Assembly (NCBI RefSeq): GCF_017356015.1
Contig: NZ_JAFIQV010000004.1
Coordinates: 210,954 to 234,953, forward strand
DNA length: 24,000 bases
Source: Azospirillum sp. SYSU D00513
GTDB lineage: Bacteria; Pseudomonadota; Alphaproteobacteria; Azospirillales; Azospirillaceae
Reading direction: 5' to 3'
The position numbers and the translations under genes were made by a program. Under the pieces are notes generated by a model. The model searched no databases. It was not told the origin of the DNA and saw only the letters and a list, made by a program, of their open reading frames with translations. This document shows positions 23,627 to 24,000 of the stretch, one piece after another; within the stretch, counting starts at the first letter, position 1; each line of letters starts with the position of its first letter.

Positions 23627-24000
23627 GGCAGCAATCCTTTCAGCTCCGTCCAGTCCAGCCCCTCCGGGGCCATGCCTGAGTCCGCGTCCGCCTGCGCGTC
23701 CGCGGCTTCCCTCTCCGGCGCGGCGGGCCGTTCCGGCGCCGGTTCGGGCGGCGGCGGTGCCGTGCCGTTGGCGCGGTAGACATGGGCCAGGATCTCGGCC
23801 ACGGCGGCGATGGCCTCGATGGGGATTTCGGTGTCCACGTCGATGGCCGAGAGCACCTCCACCAGGTCGGCGTCCTCGCGCACCCGCACGCCGTTGGCGA
23901 AGGCAAGCTCCAGGATCTGCTCGGCCACATGGCCCTTGCCGGTGGCCACGACCTTGGGCAGGGACTGCCCCCCGAACTCGTACTTCAGCGCCACCGCCAC
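23623..24000 (-). CDS. FlhB C-terminal-domain-like (EscU/YscU-family) small protein; 5' end may lie beyond the window
   Basis: AVALKYEFGGQSLPKVVATGKGHVAEQILELAFANGVRVREDADLVEVLSAIDVDTEIPIEAIAAVAEILAHVY matches the conserved FlhB/YscU C-terminal fold motif (AVAL.Y....P.VVAKG.G..A..I...A...GV....D..L...L......IP.E.Y.AVAEIL..V). The ORF runs to the window edge. Confidence 0.7.
   Translation of the reverse strand: MAVALKYEFGGQSLPKVVATGKGHVAEQILELAFANGVRVREDADLVEVLSAIDVDTEIPIEAIAAVAEILAHVYRANGTAPPPPEPAPERPAAPEREAADAQADADSGMAPEGLDWTELKGLLP

Overview
This window is a high-GC flagellar/motility gene cluster of alphaproteobacterial type (Rhodospirillales/Azospirillum-like; the taxon is only a guess). 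An AT-rich, horizontally acquired island interrupts it. Hand counts on a few 60-nt lines give about 70-77% G+C in the flanks and about 27-48% in the island; this is not a full computation. Left part: two small paralogous ORFs flank a secreted poly-Asp protein. Next comes flgH-flgA-flgG-flgF on the minus strand, with a sigma-54-like promoter and candidate enhancer repeats. Divergent from it is fliL-fliM-(PflI-like)-(MotE-like). After that is an operon headed by a perfect CtrA-box motif: a CheZ-like phosphatase, two tandem MotB/OmpA-like proteins and a 1172-aa AMIN-repeat/TPR periplasmic protein. Right part: a divergent EamA transporter / MocR regulator pair, then fliP-fliO-hypothetical-(FlhB C-terminal-like) on the minus strand. 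The island (about 13.74-19.68 kb) is bounded by truncated IS5-, IS66- and ISAs1-family transposase remnants. It carries a tight three-gene operon: a minimal SF1 (UvrD-like) helicase, a divergent DarT-like (DUF4433-like) ADP-ribosyltransferase, and a long ADP-ribosylglycohydrolase (ARH/DraG fold) with intact metal-binding motifs and an uncharacterised C-terminal extension. I read this operon as a candidate undescribed ADP-ribosylation toxin/immunity or anti-phage system, in which an ARH-fold hydrolase takes the place of the macrodomain (DarG) or NADAR partner of known DarT systems and a helicase is a third component. I saw no rRNA, tRNA or CRISPR array. All homology calls come from reading motifs by eye, with no searches run.
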